Shown: positions 49,692-61,282, numbered from the stretch's first letter. The stretch is DNA of 64,000 nt from Planctomycetota bacterium (GCA_036479435.1 JAZGFI010000243.1:41227-105226); one strand, 5' to 3'. Notes: a model not told the origin generated them from the sequence alone. Numbers and translations: made by a program.

Positions 49692-51395
49692 ATGTCGAGA
49701 AACTTCAAGACCCTCTTGATTGCGCTCGCGCTCACTGGAGCCTTTGGCGCCAAAGCCATGGCGCAATACCCGCCGGTGCTGCAACCGGTCGAGAACCCCA
49801 TTACCGTTGACAAAGCGATTCTCGGCAAGATCTTGTTTTGGGACGAGCAACTCAGCTCGACCAACTCAATGGCTTGCGGCACCTGCCACTTTCCGTCCCA
49901 GGGCGGAACCGACGCGCGCTCGGGCGATGACGATTCGCTCCACCCGGGTGCCAACGGCACTTTTGGCGATGGCGACGAGACCATCGGCTCCAAAGGTGTT
50001 TTGTCCGCCAGCTTCGGCGGTCAACTGAACGACGACGGAACCTTTTTCCCGAACGTGCAGGTAACCGGTCGCAAAACGCCCAGTAACCTCGACGCCACTA
50101 ACTTCCCTGACCTGTTCTGGGACGGCCGCGCCACTAGCGAATTCATCGATCCGCAAACGGGCGCTGTCGCCATCGCCGCTGGTGGTGGACTCGAAAGCCA
50201 GTCCGTGGGACCACCCCTTTCCAACGTCGAAATGGCGCACGGAAATCGCGGCTGGGATTCAATCGTCTTCAAGATTGATCGCGTCGACCCCTTGCGTTTA
50301 GCCACCAACCTCACGCCTGACATCCAAGCGGCCCTGGCCGTCAACCCAACCTACCCTGCCCTTTTTGCGGCGGCCTTCGGTCCGGCGATGCCGGGCGATC
50401 CCTTGGTGTCCTCAAAGCGCATCGCTTTTGCCATCGCGACTTACCAGCGCACGCTCATTTCCGACCAGACTCCCTACGACGATTTCGTGGCGGGCAACAT
50501 GTCGGCTTTGACCCTGGCCCAGCAAAACGGCCTGACGGCTTTCCAGGGCGCCGCTATGTGCACCACCTGTCACGCCGGCGAGCTGTTTTCGACGGGTCAA
50601 TTCTTCAACACGGGCGTGGTCGATCCGAACATTGACATCGGACGCATGGCCGTCACCATGGACTCCTTAGACCTTGGACTCATGAAAACCCCCGGGCTTC
50701 GCAACGTTGGTTTGCGCGAGCCCACGGGCCTCTTCCACCATGGCGTCGGCAACGGCTCGAGCCTCACGAACGTGGTGTCGTTCTACAACACCGGCCCCAA
50801 CTTCACGCAGAACACTTCGCCGCTTATTTTCGCTCTGGGACTTGGCGCCGGTACCGTGGCAGATATCGCCGACTTTTTGCGCTTCGGTCTCACTGACCCC
50901 CGCGCCGCGAGTGAAACCGGCGTCTTCAGTCGCCCGACTCTCCGCTCGGAAGAAGATGCCCTGCAAAACCCGGCAACGTCCTCACGCTTTTTCTTCGGTG
51001 GTCTTGCTGCGCTGCAACACGCGGCGGGCCACACCCCGAAGATGCTCGTCGAAGGTCCGCCGAGTCGCGAGAACACCTTCTTCACGATTGGACTTGGCAA
51101 CACCAACTCCAACACCACGGCCTATTTGGTCTCCGGTGACCTGGAACCCTCCGGCATTGTCGGATCGATCCCCTTCCCGGTCTTCATCCAGAACAACGCA
51201 CAGCTTGAGATCACCGGCATCATCACCCAGGGTGGCGCTAACCCCGGCGATGGATTCGGTTCCTTCACGATCTCGATTAGCGACAACCCCGCGTTGGTTG
51301 GATTCGTCGTTTCGGCGCAGTGGTTCGTCGTCGACTTGGCCGCTACCAACGGTTTCGCTTCGACGGAAGCGGTGCGTTTGAGCATCCTTCCCTAG
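49692..51395 (+). CDS. di-heme cytochrome c peroxidase/MauG family protein with C-terminal shared domain
   Basis: LGKILFWDEQLS, CGTCH, FWDGRA, CTTCH, KTPGLRNV; signal peptide; AAGGAAG RBS. Confidence 0.9.
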   Translation: MSRNFKTLLIALALTGAFGAKAMAQYPPVLQPVENPITVDKAILGKILFWDEQLSSTNSMACGTCHFPSQGGTDARSGDDDSLHPGANGTFGDGDETIGSKGVLSASFGGQLNDDGTFFPNVQVTGRKTPSNLDATNFPDLFWDGRATSEFIDPQTGAVAIAAGGGLESQSVGPPLSNVEMAHGNRGWDSIVFKIDRVDPLRLATNLTPDIQAALAVNPTYPALFAAAFGPAMPGDPLVSSKRIAFAIATYQRTLISDQTPYDDFVAGNMSALTLAQQNGLTAFQGAAMCTTCHAGELFSTGQFFNTGVVDPNIDIGRMAVTMDSLDLGLMKTPGLRNVGLREPTGLFHHGVGNGSSLTNVVSFYNTGPNFTQNTSPLIFALGLGAGTVADIADFLRFGLTDPRAASETGVFSRPTLRSEEDALQNPATSSRFFFGGLAALQHAAGHTPKMLVEGPPSRENTFFTIGLGNTNSNTTAYLVSGDLEPSGIVGSIPFPVFIQNNAQLEITGIITQGGANPGDGFGSFTISISDNPALVGFVVSAQWFVVDLAATNGFASTEAVRLSILP

Positions 51396-51418
51396 TTTGA
51401 AGACCTCCTAGCCGCTCT

Positions 51419-51458
51419 AAAGCCCGCAGCTTCTTCGTGAAGCTGCGGGCTTTTTTTT
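51419..51458 (+). terminator. intrinsic terminator
   Basis: AAAGCCCGCAGCTTC-ttcgt-GAAGCTGCGGGCTTT-TTTTT. Confidence 0.85.
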
Positions 51459-51508
51459 GGGGGTGAAGGAGTCGTAAGATGGGCCAGTCAAAACAAAGGA
51501 CTCGGCCC

Positions 51509-51940
51509 ATGAAAGACCCCAGCTGGCTTGGCATTCGGCACGTGGCGCTCCGCGTTCATAACCTTGAAGGCTGCCTGCGCTTTTACAGCGATTTCTTGGG
51601 CTTTTCCATTGAGTGGCAGCCCGATCCCGACAGCATCTATTTGACGACCGGCCAAGACAATCTGGCTCTTCATCGTGACGACTCGATGTCCTCCCGAGGC
51701 GAAAGGTCGCAGGACCAGGCGCTCGATCATTTCGGCTTCGTCCTGACCGACATCGATGCCGTCGATGGCTGGGCCCAGCGCGCCGAAGAGTTCGGGGTCG
51801 AAATCGTCCAGGGATTGAAGACCCACCGCGATGGCGCCCGATCCTTCTACATGCTGGATCCGGACGGAAATAAGATTCAAATCCTCTATCACCCCCCTCT
51901 GTCACACTTGCCCGGTGGTCGCGGCGACAAAAAAGGGTGA
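51509..51940 (+). CDS. VOC/glyoxalase family protein
   Basis: IRHVALRV...FYSDFLGF...LDHFGF...FYMLDPDGNKIQI. Confidence 0.9.
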   Translation: MKDPSWLGIRHVALRVHNLEGCLRFYSDFLGFSIEWQPDPDSIYLTTGQDNLALHRDDSMSSRGERSQDQALDHFGFVLTDIDAVDGWAQRAEEFGVEIVQGLKTHRDGARSFYMLDPDGNKIQILYHPPLSHLPGGRGDKKG

Positions 51941-52003
51941 CTTCAGCTACACTTCGAACCGTGCGCAAGTCCTGCGCCCAATCGAATTTCGAACGAGAGA
52001 GAC

Positions 52004-53293
52004 ATGGCGAAAGACGTTCAGATTGACATTGATGGCAAAGTCCTAACTTTCCCCGTCGTTGACGGCAGCGAGAAGGAAAGGGGGCTGGACATTGGCAAGC
52101 TACGTGCCGAGTCGGGTTACATCACGCTCGACCCGGGCTATGTCAATACCGGCTCCTGCGAGAGTACTATTTGTTTCATCGATGGCGAAAAGGGAATCCT
52201 TCGCTATCGCGGGTACCCGATTGAGGAGCTGTCAGAAAAGACTGATTTCCTTGAGACCGCTTACTTGCTCCTGCACGGCGAGTTGCCGACGAAAACCGAA
52301 CTAACCGGGTTCAAGGCCCAGGTCAATCGGCACACCATGCTTCACGAAGACATGAAGCATTTCTTCGATGCGGTTTCGAGCTACGCGCATCCGATGGCCG
52401 TCTTGGCCGCGATGGTTTGCAACCTCGCTAGCTACTACCCCGGCGAACAGGATCCGAACAATCCCGAGCACCGCGCGATTTCCTATATTCGGCTGTTGGC
52501 AAAGGTGCCGACCATCGCGGCTCTGTCTTACAAAAAGTCAATCGGCCAGCCGGTGATCTACCCGCAGAACAACCTTTCGTACACCGCGAATTTTCTGCAC
52601 ATGATGTTTGCCACGCCCTGTGAAGACTACGAAGTCAATCAGGATATCGTCGATGCCTTGAACTTGATCATGGTCTTGCACGCCGATCACGAGCAGAACT
52701 GCAGCACCTCGACCGTGCGAATGGTCGGCTCTTCCGATGCCAACCTTTACGCTTCAATCTCGGCTGGAATCTGCGCCCTCTGGGGGCCGCTCCACGGCGG
52801 TGCTAACCAAAAAGTCATCGAGATGCTGGGTCAAATCGCCGCCGATGGCGACGACGGCACCAAGTTCTTAAAGAAGGTCAAAGACAAAAAATCCGGCATC
52901 CGCCTGATGGGTTTTGGCCACCGCGTCTACAAAAACTTCGATCCGCGCGCCAAGATCATCAAGGGCGCCTGCGACCGTGTTCTTGAGACCTTGGGTGTCG
53001 ACGACCCCCTGCTCGACATCGCCAAGAGGCTCGAAGAAGTCGCCCTCAAAGACGACTACTTCATCCAAAGAAAACTCTATCCCAACGTCGACTTTTATAG
53101 TGGCATCGTCTACCGCGCGATCGGAATCCCAACCGACATGTTCACCGTCATGTTCGCGATGGGCCGAATGCCGGGCTGGATGGCACATTGGAAGGAAATG
53201 CACGAAGCAGATTCCTCCCGCATCAGCCGACCGCGCCAAATCTACACGGGCTCCGCTCTAAGGGATTTTGTTCCGATGAGTCAGCGCGGATAG
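52004..53293 (+). CDS. gltA: citrate synthase (type II)
   Basis: HADHEQNCSTS, GPLHGGAN, MGFGHRVYKNFDPRA, YPNVDFYSG. Confidence 0.97.
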   Translation: MAKDVQIDIDGKVLTFPVVDGSEKERGLDIGKLRAESGYITLDPGYVNTGSCESTICFIDGEKGILRYRGYPIEELSEKTDFLETAYLLLHGELPTKTELTGFKAQVNRHTMLHEDMKHFFDAVSSYAHPMAVLAAMVCNLASYYPGEQDPNNPEHRAISYIRLLAKVPTIAALSYKKSIGQPVIYPQNNLSYTANFLHMMFATPCEDYEVNQDIVDALNLIMVLHADHEQNCSTSTVRMVGSSDANLYASISAGICALWGPLHGGANQKVIEMLGQIAADGDDGTKFLKKVKDKKSGIRLMGFGHRVYKNFDPRAKIIKGACDRVLETLGVDDPLLDIAKRLEEVALKDDYFIQRKLYPNVDFYSGIVYRAIGIPTDMFTVMFAMGRMPGWMAHWKEMHEADSSRISRPRQIYTGSALRDFVPMSQRG

Positions 53294-53309
53294 ATCACAA
53301 ACGTTCAGG

Positions 53310-53339
53310 AGGCGTCCGGGGAATCCCGGGCGCCTTTTT
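53310..53339 (+). terminator. intrinsic terminator after gltA
   Basis: AGGCGTCCGGG-GAAT-CCCGGGCGCCT-TTTT. Confidence 0.75.
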
Positions 53340-53366
53340 CTAGTTTCCCCGGAGTGGATAAGCGTC

Positions 53367-55418
53367 ATGTCGATTCGCAATGTCGCCTTGCTCTTGGCCC
53401 TCTACGTGCTCGGCCTAGCATGGATGTCTTCGAGTTCTCGAGGGCAGTCCGGCAAGTCCGGCTTGACAACCGCCGACGTCTTGTCGCTCCAGCAAGTGAG
53501 TGCGACTGCGATCTCACCCGACGGAAAGTGGATCGCCTATACCCTCGTGGTGCCGCGGCGCGCGGACCAAGCCAACGGTTCGGCCTATACCGAATTGCAT
53601 GTCGTTTCCTTCGACGGCAAGACGCGGCGAGGGTTCATTACCGGGGCCGTTTCGGTGGGGACTTTAGGCTGGACTGCGACCTCCAAAGACATCCTGTTCA
53701 GCATGAGGAAGTCCGGCGACAAAAAGACCAAGGTTCACGCCATTGCCATTGGTGGTGGCGAGTCACGTCCCTTTTTCGAACCGTCGGCATCGGTCCGCAA
53801 CTGGGCCGTCGCTGCCGACGCTCGCTTCGTCGCCTACACCCGTTTGGAGGCGGCAGATGCCAAGCGCAGCAAAGAATCGAAGCTAGGTTTCGACCGCATC
53901 GTCTTCGAAGAAGAGGAGCGCACGGTGCAGCTTTATCTCTACGATCGAGAGAAAAAGACCGAGCGACTTCTAAAGACACCCGGCGCTGCCTGGGAATTGG
54001 GCTTTTCTCCCAGCGGCTTGCACCTCGCGGCATGGATCAGCCCCACCGCCCGGGTTGACGATCGCTACATGGAGAAAAAACTCTACGTCGCCAATCTAAA
54101 CGACAGTGAATTCAAACTCCTCGCCGGCAATCCAGGCAAAGTCGGCAACTTTGCCTGGTGTCCAGATGGCAGCAAGATCGCCTTCATCGCGGCCCATGAC
54201 ATTAACGATCCCAAAGAGAGCCAAATCGACATTGTTCCGAGTGCGGGAGGCAAAGTCGTTCGCCTCAGCAAAGTGACTTTTGAAGGCCATCCCGCCGAGC
54301 TCAAGTGGCTCGACCGCAAGACCCTCGGCTTCATCACCTCGATGGGCTGCCGAAGGTCATTGGCAACTCTGAGTGTCGATGAGGGCTGGAACAGTCTTAA
54401 GCATGTCATCCCACTCGGTCGCGGCAACTGGCAGCACTGGTCCTTATCACTTCAGACCGGACGCATCGCTCTCATTGGCGATAGCCCGGCGTACCCACGC
54501 GAGCTCTTTGCGGGCCGTGCGGGCTCCGATACCACTCAGCGCCTCACCGTCAGCAACCCGGTCCTGGCCGAGCGCCGCCTCGCCAAGCAAGAGGTCGTCC
54601 GCTATCCCGCCCGCGACGGGCTCATGATCGAAGGGGTCTTGGTCCACCCCTTGGACAAACCTCAGGGGCCAGCGCCCATGATCATGGTCATCCATGGCGG
54701 CCCGGAAGCTCACCACTCGAACGGTTGGCTTAGTGCCTACTCCATGCCCGGCCAAGTTGCCGCCGCCAAGGGCTACGCCGTCTTTTATCCCAACTACCGC
54801 AGCAGCACGGGCCGCGGCGTCGCTTTTTCCAAGCTGGGCCAAGGAAGATCGGCTTTGGAAGAGTTCGACGATATCGTCGACGGCATCGACCACCTCGCCA
54901 AGGACGGCCTCATCGATCCCAAAAAAGTTGGGATCACCGGAGGCAGCTACGGTGGATACGCCGCCGCCTGGGCCGCCACTTTCTACAGCGACCGTTTCGC
55001 GGCTTCGGTAATGTTCGTCGGTATCTCCGATCAGATCTCCAAGGTGTTCACCACCGACATCCCCAAGGAGAGCTACTTAGTTCACTGGCGCAAGCGGCCT
55101 TGGGGTGGCAACTGGAAGCAGTTTTTGGAATCGAGTCCGCTCTACTACATCGACCGCGCCAAAACCCCCATCTTGATCGCGCACGGCAAAGACGATCCCC
55201 GCGTGTCACCGACCCAAAGCATGGAGCTTTTTCGAGCCCTCAAGCTCAAAGGCGACGTGCCAGTTCGTCTTCTGCTTTATCCGGGCGAGGGTCACGGCAA
55301 CCGCAAACGCGGGGCAAGACTCGACTACGCCCTACGTCAGATGCGGTGGTTCAATCACTACTTGATGGGTCCGGGTGGATCAAAGCCTCCGGCGGCCATC
55401 TCTTACGAGCTTCCATAG
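53367..55418 (+). CDS. S9 family (acylaminoacyl/prolyl oligo-) peptidase
   Basis: Beta-propeller N-terminus, IHGGPE, GGSYGG, HGKDDPRV, YPGEGHG. Confidence 0.94.
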   Translation: MSIRNVALLLALYVLGLAWMSSSSRGQSGKSGLTTADVLSLQQVSATAISPDGKWIAYTLVVPRRADQANGSAYTELHVVSFDGKTRRGFITGAVSVGTLGWTATSKDILFSMRKSGDKKTKVHAIAIGGGESRPFFEPSASVRNWAVAADARFVAYTRLEAADAKRSKESKLGFDRIVFEEEERTVQLYLYDREKKTERLLKTPGAAWELGFSPSGLHLAAWISPTARVDDRYMEKKLYVANLNDSEFKLLAGNPGKVGNFAWCPDGSKIAFIAAHDINDPKESQIDIVPSAGGKVVRLSKVTFEGHPAELKWLDRKTLGFITSMGCRRSLATLSVDEGWNSLKHVIPLGRGNWQHWSLSLQTGRIALIGDSPAYPRELFAGRAGSDTTQRLTVSNPVLAERRLAKQEVVRYPARDGLMIEGVLVHPLDKPQGPAPMIMVIHGGPEAHHSNGWLSAYSMPGQVAAAKGYAVFYPNYRSSTGRGVAFSKLGQGRSALEEFDDIVDGIDHLAKDGLIDPKKVGITGGSYGGYAAAWAATFYSDRFAASVMFVGISDQISKVFTTDIPKESYLVHWRKRPWGGNWKQFLESSPLYYIDRAKTPILIAHGKDDPRVSPTQSMELFRALKLKGDVPVRLLLYPGEGHGNRKRGARLDYALRQMRWFNHYLMGPGGSKPPAAISYELP

Positions 55419-55455
55419 TGTCCGGCTCCACAAATTTGCCGTTCGAGCCGCGTTC

Positions 55456-56403
55456 ATGACCGACGAAAAGCACTCCGATGCCGGGGTCATCAAGACTCTC
55501 ATCGCGGGCATTGTGGCCAACATGGGCTTGGGCATCATCAAGCTCATCGCCTGGTTCTTCACGCAGAGCTCGGCGATGCTGGCCGAGGCTTTGCACTCGA
55601 TGGCGGATTCCAGCAATCAAATTCTGCTGGCCGTGGGGCTGAAGCGCAGCAAGAAAGTTGCTACCGAAAAACACCCCTTCGGCTTCGACAAAGAGCGCTA
55701 CTTTTGGAGCTTCCTCGTTTCTTTGCTCATCTTTTTGGTGGGCGGCGCTTTTGCGATCTACGAGGGCGTTCACAAGGTGTCTCACCCGACGCCGGTCACC
55801 AACGTCAAATGGGTCTACATCGCTCTCGGGATGGGCTTGTTTTTAGAAGGCTTCGCGCTGCGCGTGGCCTTCATCGAATTCAAACACTTCCGCGCCAATA
55901 ACCCCGGCACGTTTTTTCAGAGTCTCAAGGACACCAAAGATCCCACCCTGCCGACGGTCTTGTTTGAAGATGCTGCAGCCCTCGTCGGCCTCATCATCGC
56001 CTTGGTGGGAATTACCATCGCCTACTTCACGGGCAACGGGATTTGGGATGGCGCTGCCTCTATTTTGATCGGCGTCTTGTTGGTCGGCGTTTCTTGGTTC
56101 TTGGCGGTGGAAAGCCACAGTCTGCTCGTTGGAGAATCGGCATCGAGGAAAGATCAAGCCACGATTCGCGAGATCGTGGACTCGGAGCCCCAAGTCAACG
56201 AGTGCATCGAGTTGATCACGCTCCAACGCGGTCCCTCGCAGATCCTGGTCGCCCTGACTCTTGATTTTCAAGACGACATGAAGACTCAAGAATTAGAGAC
56301 CTTGATCGCCCGCATCGAAGACCGAATCCGCGAAAAAGTTTACGGCGCGAATCACATTTTCATCGAAGTCGGCAGCCTTCGCCTGCGCGGCAGACGAGCC
56401 TGA
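55456..56403 (+). CDS. cation diffusion facilitator family transporter
   Basis: SSAMLAEALHSMAD, HPFGFDKERYFWS, LFEDAAAL. Confidence 0.93.
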   Translation: MTDEKHSDAGVIKTLIAGIVANMGLGIIKLIAWFFTQSSAMLAEALHSMADSSNQILLAVGLKRSKKVATEKHPFGFDKERYFWSFLVSLLIFLVGGAFAIYEGVHKVSHPTPVTNVKWVYIALGMGLFLEGFALRVAFIEFKHFRANNPGTFFQSLKDTKDPTLPTVLFEDAAALVGLIIALVGITIAYFTGNGIWDGAASILIGVLLVGVSWFLAVESHSLLVGESASRKDQATIREIVDSEPQVNECIELITLQRGPSQILVALTLDFQDDMKTQELETLIARIEDRIREKVYGANHIFIEVGSLRLRGRRA

Positions 56404-56436
56404 ATCCAAGGCCGCCACGCTTTTGGCAAACCTCAA

Positions 56437-57819
56437 TTAGTTGGCGATCAAGGCCTCGACTTCGTCGATCGTCTTTTCGATCCCCGGCCCCAGCACACGC
56501 CCACCGTCCACCGTGCAGAGAATATCGTCCTCGATGCGAACGCCACCGAAATCGCGCCAGTCTTTCAGGGCGTCGAAGTTCACGAACTCAGCGTTTTTTC
56601 CTTCGCCCTGCCAGCGATCCATAAGCGCGGGGATGAAGTAAATCCCCGGCTCGATCGTGAAGACGTGATCTTCTTCGAGCTTGCGCGCCATGCGAAGGAA
56701 GTTCAAACCAAACTGCTCGCTGCGGGCGTCGCCCTGAGCGTAGCCCACCAAGTCGCCAAGGTCTTCCATGTCGTGGACGTCCAGTCCCAACATGTGGCCA
56801 AGCCCGTGCGGGAAAAACAAGGCGTGCGCCCCGGCGGCTACGGCGTCTTCAGCTGAGCCCTTCATGAGCCCCATTTCAATCAGACCCTCGGTCATCACTT
56901 TGGCGGCGAGCAGATGAAGATCCCGAAATTGAACTCCGGGCTTCACGGCTTCGATGGCGGCTTGTTGGGATGCCAGGACAGCCGAGTAGACCGCGCGCTG
57001 CCGCTCATCGTAGCGACCGCCAACCGGGGTCGTCCGCGTGATGTCCGAAGCGTAACCAAGCGGTGATTCAGCACCGGAGTCGTTGAGGAGGAGCTGCCCC
57101 AACTCAAGGGTGTTGCCGTGATCATGGTTGTGAAGAACCTCTCCTCGCACCGACAAGATCGGGTTGTAGGCTTGGGCTCGGTTTTCGGCCAAAGCGATCT
57201 CTTGAATCTCGGCGGCAATGGACGCTTCGCTCACCCCGGGCTTCGCCGCCCGCATCGCGGCTCGGTGCATCCGCGCGCTAACCTCAAGGGCATTTTCGAT
57301 CTCGGCGATCTCGGCAGTACTCTTTTTGATTCGCAACTCGGAAATGGCGGCGGCCAATTCCAAAGAAGCCCCGCGTCGAACTGTCTCGAAGGGCTCACCC
57401 AGCACCTCGGCCAACCAAATCAGCACGCCGGGTTGATAGGGGGCGACGTAGCGGATTTCGCGGCGGTTGTCTCGTGCCTCCTGCAAAAAAGACGGCAGCT
57501 CTTTGATGTTGCGAACGGACTCAATCCCCGCTTCGGCCGCGACCTCTTCCAAAGTCGGGTGAGGCCCGTGCCAGACCACATCGTCGATGTCTGCGGGCGG
57601 CCCAAAGACCACATCGTCAACCGGTTCCGGCCCGATGACCAAGGCCAGCCCATCGAGGTTCACCCGCCCGAAATACAGAAAATGCGAGCTTTGGCGAAAG
57701 GGGTAGATGTTATCGCGATAATTTCGGGGAGCATTTTGGGCCCCCGGGATCAAGATCAGGCCGTCCCCGGCAACCGCTCTCAGGGCGTCGCGCCGGGCGC
57801 GGTATGCAGCAGAGTCCAT
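56437..57819 (-). CDS. pepP: Xaa-Pro aminopeptidase (M24B)
   Basis: [47 protein letters not shown]. Confidence 0.93.
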   Translation of the reverse strand: MDSAAYRARRDALRAVAGDGLILIPGAQNAPRNYRDNIYPFRQSSHFLYFGRVNLDGLALVIGPEPVDDVVFGPPADIDDVVWHGPHPTLEEVAAEAGIESVRNIKELPSFLQEARDNRREIRYVAPYQPGVLIWLAEVLGEPFETVRRGASLELAAAISELRIKKSTAEIAEIENALEVSARMHRAAMRAAKPGVSEASIAAEIQEIALAENRAQAYNPILSVRGEVLHNHDHGNTLELGQLLLNDSGAESPLGYASDITRTTPVGGRYDERQRAVYSAVLASQQAAIEAVKPGVQFRDLHLLAAKVMTEGLIEMGLMKGSAEDAVAAGAHALFFPHGLGHMLGLDVHDMEDLGDLVGYAQGDARSEQFGLNFLRMARKLEEDHVFTIEPGIYFIPALMDRWQGEGKNAEFVNFDALKDWRDFGGVRIEDDILCTVDGGRVLGPGIEKTIDEVEALIAN

Positions 57820-58057
57820 CTATCTGATTCTCCTCAAATCCTCGTGTCAAAGCCGCTTAGCTCAAACCACGGGTCAACACCTCAATTGCCATAGAAAGGG
57901 CAGGCTAAACACAAACCTCGACCCCCAAGGCCAGTGCTATTCTCGGCCCTTTGAGGCCTACGCGCAAGCCGGACTCGCAGCCTCCGGTCCTTCTTATTAC
58001 TGTCTCCCAAACGCTCTACGATCACCCCGACATCGGTCCATCTCGAGGAACACCAGC

Positions 58058-60283
58058 ATGCCCTCACCGGCACGGAACGCGGCCATCCGAAGCATTGGCG
58101 TGCGCCATGATAAACGTGCAGCCGCCCAAAAAGCCGCCGCCGCATCTCCGGACAAGCCTTCGCCACCTCGCCCCCTCACCGACATTTTCGCCGACAACGT
58201 TTTCAACGATACGGTGCAACGTGAACGTCTACCCAAGCCGACTTACCGCGCTCTGCAAAAGACGCGTGAAACCGGCGAAATTTTAGACCTTTCGATCGCC
58301 GATGCCGTGGCCAACGCCATGCGCGATTGGGCCGTCGAGCGCGGGGCCACGCACTTTACGCACTGGTTCCAGCCTATGACCGGTCTCACCGCCGAAAAAC
58401 ACGATTCCTTCATCTCGCTCACCGGTGACGATCGCATCATCAACGAGTTCTCGGGCAGGGCCCTCGTCATGGGCGAGCCCGACGCCTCGTCGTTTCCCAG
58501 CGGGGGTCTGCGCAGCACTTTCGAGGCCCGCGGTTACACCGTGTGGGACCCGACGTCGCCCGCGATTCTTCGCGAAAGCCCCGACGGCTTTACTCTCCTC
58601 ATCCCCACGACTTTTTGTTCTTGGACCGGCGAAGCCCTCGACAAAAAAACTCCGTTGCTCCGTTCCGACCAAGCGATCTCCAAAGCCGCCGTACGCCTCG
58701 TCAACCTGCTTGGCAACGATTATATCACGCGTGTTCATTCGACGATCGGTTGCGAGCAAGAGTACTTTTTGATCGACCGCGAGTTCGTTCAATTGCGCCC
58801 CGACCTCATTTGCTCTGGCCGCACGCTTTTCGGCGCGCGACCGCCCAAGGGCCAAGAGCTCGACGATCACTACTTCGGCACCATCAGCCCTCGCATCTTG
58901 GGCTACATGCAAGAAGTCGAGCTTGAGCTGTGGAAGCTCGGCATTCCCATCACCACCCGTCACAACGAGGTGGCTCCGCTCCAGTTTGAATTCGCGCCGA
59001 TCTACCGCCCGTCTGCCGTCGCCATCGACCAAAACATGTTGACCATGGAGGTCTTAAAAAAGATCGCCGATCGCCATGGTTTCAAATGCTTGCTTCACGA
59101 AAAACCCTTCGCCGGAGTCAACGGCAGCGGCAAGCACATGAACTGGTCTTTGGAGGACAACCTCGGCCACAACCTGCTCGAACCGGGTTCCACGCCGCAC
59201 GACAACGCTCAGTTCATGATGATCTTGGCGGCGATCATCCGCGCCATCGATCTGCACGGCGACCTCATGCGCGTCGCGATTGCCCACGCCGGCAACGACC
59301 ACCGCCTGGGCGCCAACGAGGCCCCTCCGGCGATCATCTCGATCTTTTTGGGTTCACAACTCGAAGGCATCGTCGACGCCCTCGTCGACAAGCGCTCACC
59401 GGCCGCGGCCGGCAACAGCAAAGAACTCAAACTCGGTCTCGACTCTTTGCCGTCGATCCCCCGCGACATCACCGACCGCAACCGCACCTCGCCCTTTGCC
59501 TTCACTGGACAAAAGTTTGAGTTCCGGGCCGTCGGCTCCAGCCAGTCCGCCGCCTACCCGGCGACTTTCCTCAACACCGTCGTCGCGGAGTCCCTAAACT
59601 TCCTCGCCGACGAACTCGAAGGCCGCAAGGGCCGCGGCGACCTGCGCGAAGTGGTGCAAGAGCTCGTCACCGAAACTCTCGCCAAACACCGCCGGGTCCT
59701 CTTCAACGGCGACAACTACGCGGTAGAATGGGAACAGGAAGCGGAACGCCGCGACCTTCCCAACCTTCGCGACACTCCGACCGCCCTCGCTCAGTTCTCA
59801 GCTAAAAAGAACCTCGATCTCTTCGATGACCTCGGAGTTCTTTCGAACCGCGAGGCTCTCTCTCGCCAAAAAGTTCTGTTCGACACCTACTGCAGCGCGA
59901 TCAAGATCGAGGCCTACTCTTCCCACGACCTTGGCCTCTCTTCAATCTTGCCCGCCGCCATCCGCTTCCAACGCGAGCTAGCCGATTCCATCATCAAAGT
60001 CCGCGAGGCCTGCCCCGCTCTCGACCTTGAAACCGAGCAAGCCCACTTAGGCGACCTCACCGAGACCATCAGCGCTTTCAAACGCGGCCTCGACGATCTC
60101 AAACTACGCGTCACCGCCCTCGACAACGCCGACGGCGCCGACGAAGACACGGCCGTCACCTACCGCAACGAAATCATCCCCTCGATGGATTACGTCCGCA
60201 GCCAAGGCGACCGCCTCGAAGAACTCGTGGACGACCAAATCTGGCCCCTACCCAAGTATCGCGAGATGCTCTTCGTCCACTAG
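58058..60283 (+). CDS. glnA: glutamine synthetase type III
   Basis: [66 protein letters not shown]. Confidence 0.96.
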   Translation: MPSPARNAAIRSIGVRHDKRAAAQKAAAASPDKPSPPRPLTDIFADNVFNDTVQRERLPKPTYRALQKTRETGEILDLSIADAVANAMRDWAVERGATHFTHWFQPMTGLTAEKHDSFISLTGDDRIINEFSGRALVMGEPDASSFPSGGLRSTFEARGYTVWDPTSPAILRESPDGFTLLIPTTFCSWTGEALDKKTPLLRSDQAISKAAVRLVNLLGNDYITRVHSTIGCEQEYFLIDREFVQLRPDLICSGRTLFGARPPKGQELDDHYFGTISPRILGYMQEVELELWKLGIPITTRHNEVAPLQFEFAPIYRPSAVAIDQNMLTMEVLKKIADRHGFKCLLHEKPFAGVNGSGKHMNWSLEDNLGHNLLEPGSTPHDNAQFMMILAAIIRAIDLHGDLMRVAIAHAGNDHRLGANEAPPAIISIFLGSQLEGIVDALVDKRSPAAAGNSKELKLGLDSLPSIPRDITDRNRTSPFAFTGQKFEFRAVGSSQSAAYPATFLNTVVAESLNFLADELEGRKGRGDLREVVQELVTETLAKHRRVLFNGDNYAVEWEQEAERRDLPNLRDTPTALAQFSAKKNLDLFDDLGVLSNREALSRQKVLFDTYCSAIKIEAYSSHDLGLSSILPAAIRFQRELADSIIKVREACPALDLETEQAHLGDLTETISAFKRGLDDLKLRVTALDNADGADEDTAVTYRNEIIPSMDYVRSQGDRLEELVDDQIWPLPKYREMLFVH

Positions 60284-60295
60284 AGCCCTTTGCCC

Positions 60296-61282
60296 ATGAC
60301 CAAGCGCGCCGCCATCACCCTGGTCATCGGTCTATCCCTCGCCGTCTTCTGTTCCTATTGCGCCCTTGAGGCCAAAAAGCTCGAAACCCTCAGCGAAGCG
60401 CCCGTGGGTCTTAGCGACCCGCGGGCGCAAGGCCTCCTCGTCATCCGCATCGCCGGCCTCACTTCCGAAATCCTCGCCACCAACCCCTTCGGTGACCTCT
60501 TCGAAGAGCTCGAAAAAAGAGGACGCCGGTCTGCCCTACAGCTTGGCAACTCCCCGCCCGACTCCTTGGGCTTCGGGCTTGATTTGGGAACGAACCCCGG
60601 CACAAGATTCAACGCCCTAAACCGCCGCTTCGACTGGCAAGGTGAAAGCCTCAGCTCCCTCGCCCAACGCGCCCATCTCGAAACCCACTCCAACCTGGCT
60701 CCGTTCTCAATCCGAAACGCCAAGCCACCATCTTCCTACCCACCATCCCCCTGGGCCCGCGACACCGACCTCAACCCATCCGACCAGGCTCTCATCCGCC
60801 AAGCCCACGGCTTTTTATCCCAACACCGCTGGCGTTTCCTATCTCTCAAACTCACCAGCGGCGCCGTCACTTCCTCCACCTCCATGCCCTTGCGAGAAGA
60901 TTCAACTCGCCATCTCAGTCCAAGGGGCCGCAGCCTCCAATCCGTCCTTTTGGTTGCCCGTGGCCTGATCGAACTCGCCGGCTCCAACGCCGCCATCTGC
61001 CTCATCGCCGAGTCAAAAACTTACCCACCCATCATCGTCATGGCGGGCGAAGGAACCGAGTCTGCCACCAACAATTGGCAACCTGAAATCGCCCCCCGAC
61101 AAGTCCACCAAGCCTGGGCCCACATCCTCGGCCTAAGGTCCACGAACCTATCGCAACTCAAGGCCCCCAGCCTCGGCCCGTCCCCCAAGACCTACCAGCT
61201 GGCTGCGATCCTCATCGTCGCCCTCAGTATCATGATGGGTTTTTGGAGTTGGGCGTTCTCACGCCGCAGTCATGCCAGTTGA
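60296..61282 (+). CDS. membrane protein, degenerate alkaline-phosphatase-superfamily-like
   Basis: TM at both ends; LLVIRIAGL, AICLIAES and PPIIVMAGEG...AHILGL echo AlkP core elements without the metal ligands. Confidence 0.5.
   Translation: MTKRAAITLVIGLSLAVFCSYCALEAKKLETLSEAPVGLSDPRAQGLLVIRIAGLTSEILATNPFGDLFEELEKRGRRSALQLGNSPPDSLGFGLDLGTNPGTRFNALNRRFDWQGESLSSLAQRAHLETHSNLAPFSIRNAKPPSSYPPSPWARDTDLNPSDQALIRQAHGFLSQHRWRFLSLKLTSGAVTSSTSMPLREDSTRHLSPRGRSLQSVLLVARGLIELAGSNAAICLIAESKTYPPIIVMAGEGTESATNNWQPEIAPRQVHQAWAHILGLRSTNLSQLKAPSLGPSPKTYQLAAILIVALSIMMGFWSWAFSRRSHAS

Noticed and set aside
57820..58057. Sigma-54/NtrC promoter or glutamine riboswitch upstream of GSIII
   Set aside because: I could not identify a convincing TGGCAC-N5-TTGC motif or a recognisable riboswitch consensus by eye.
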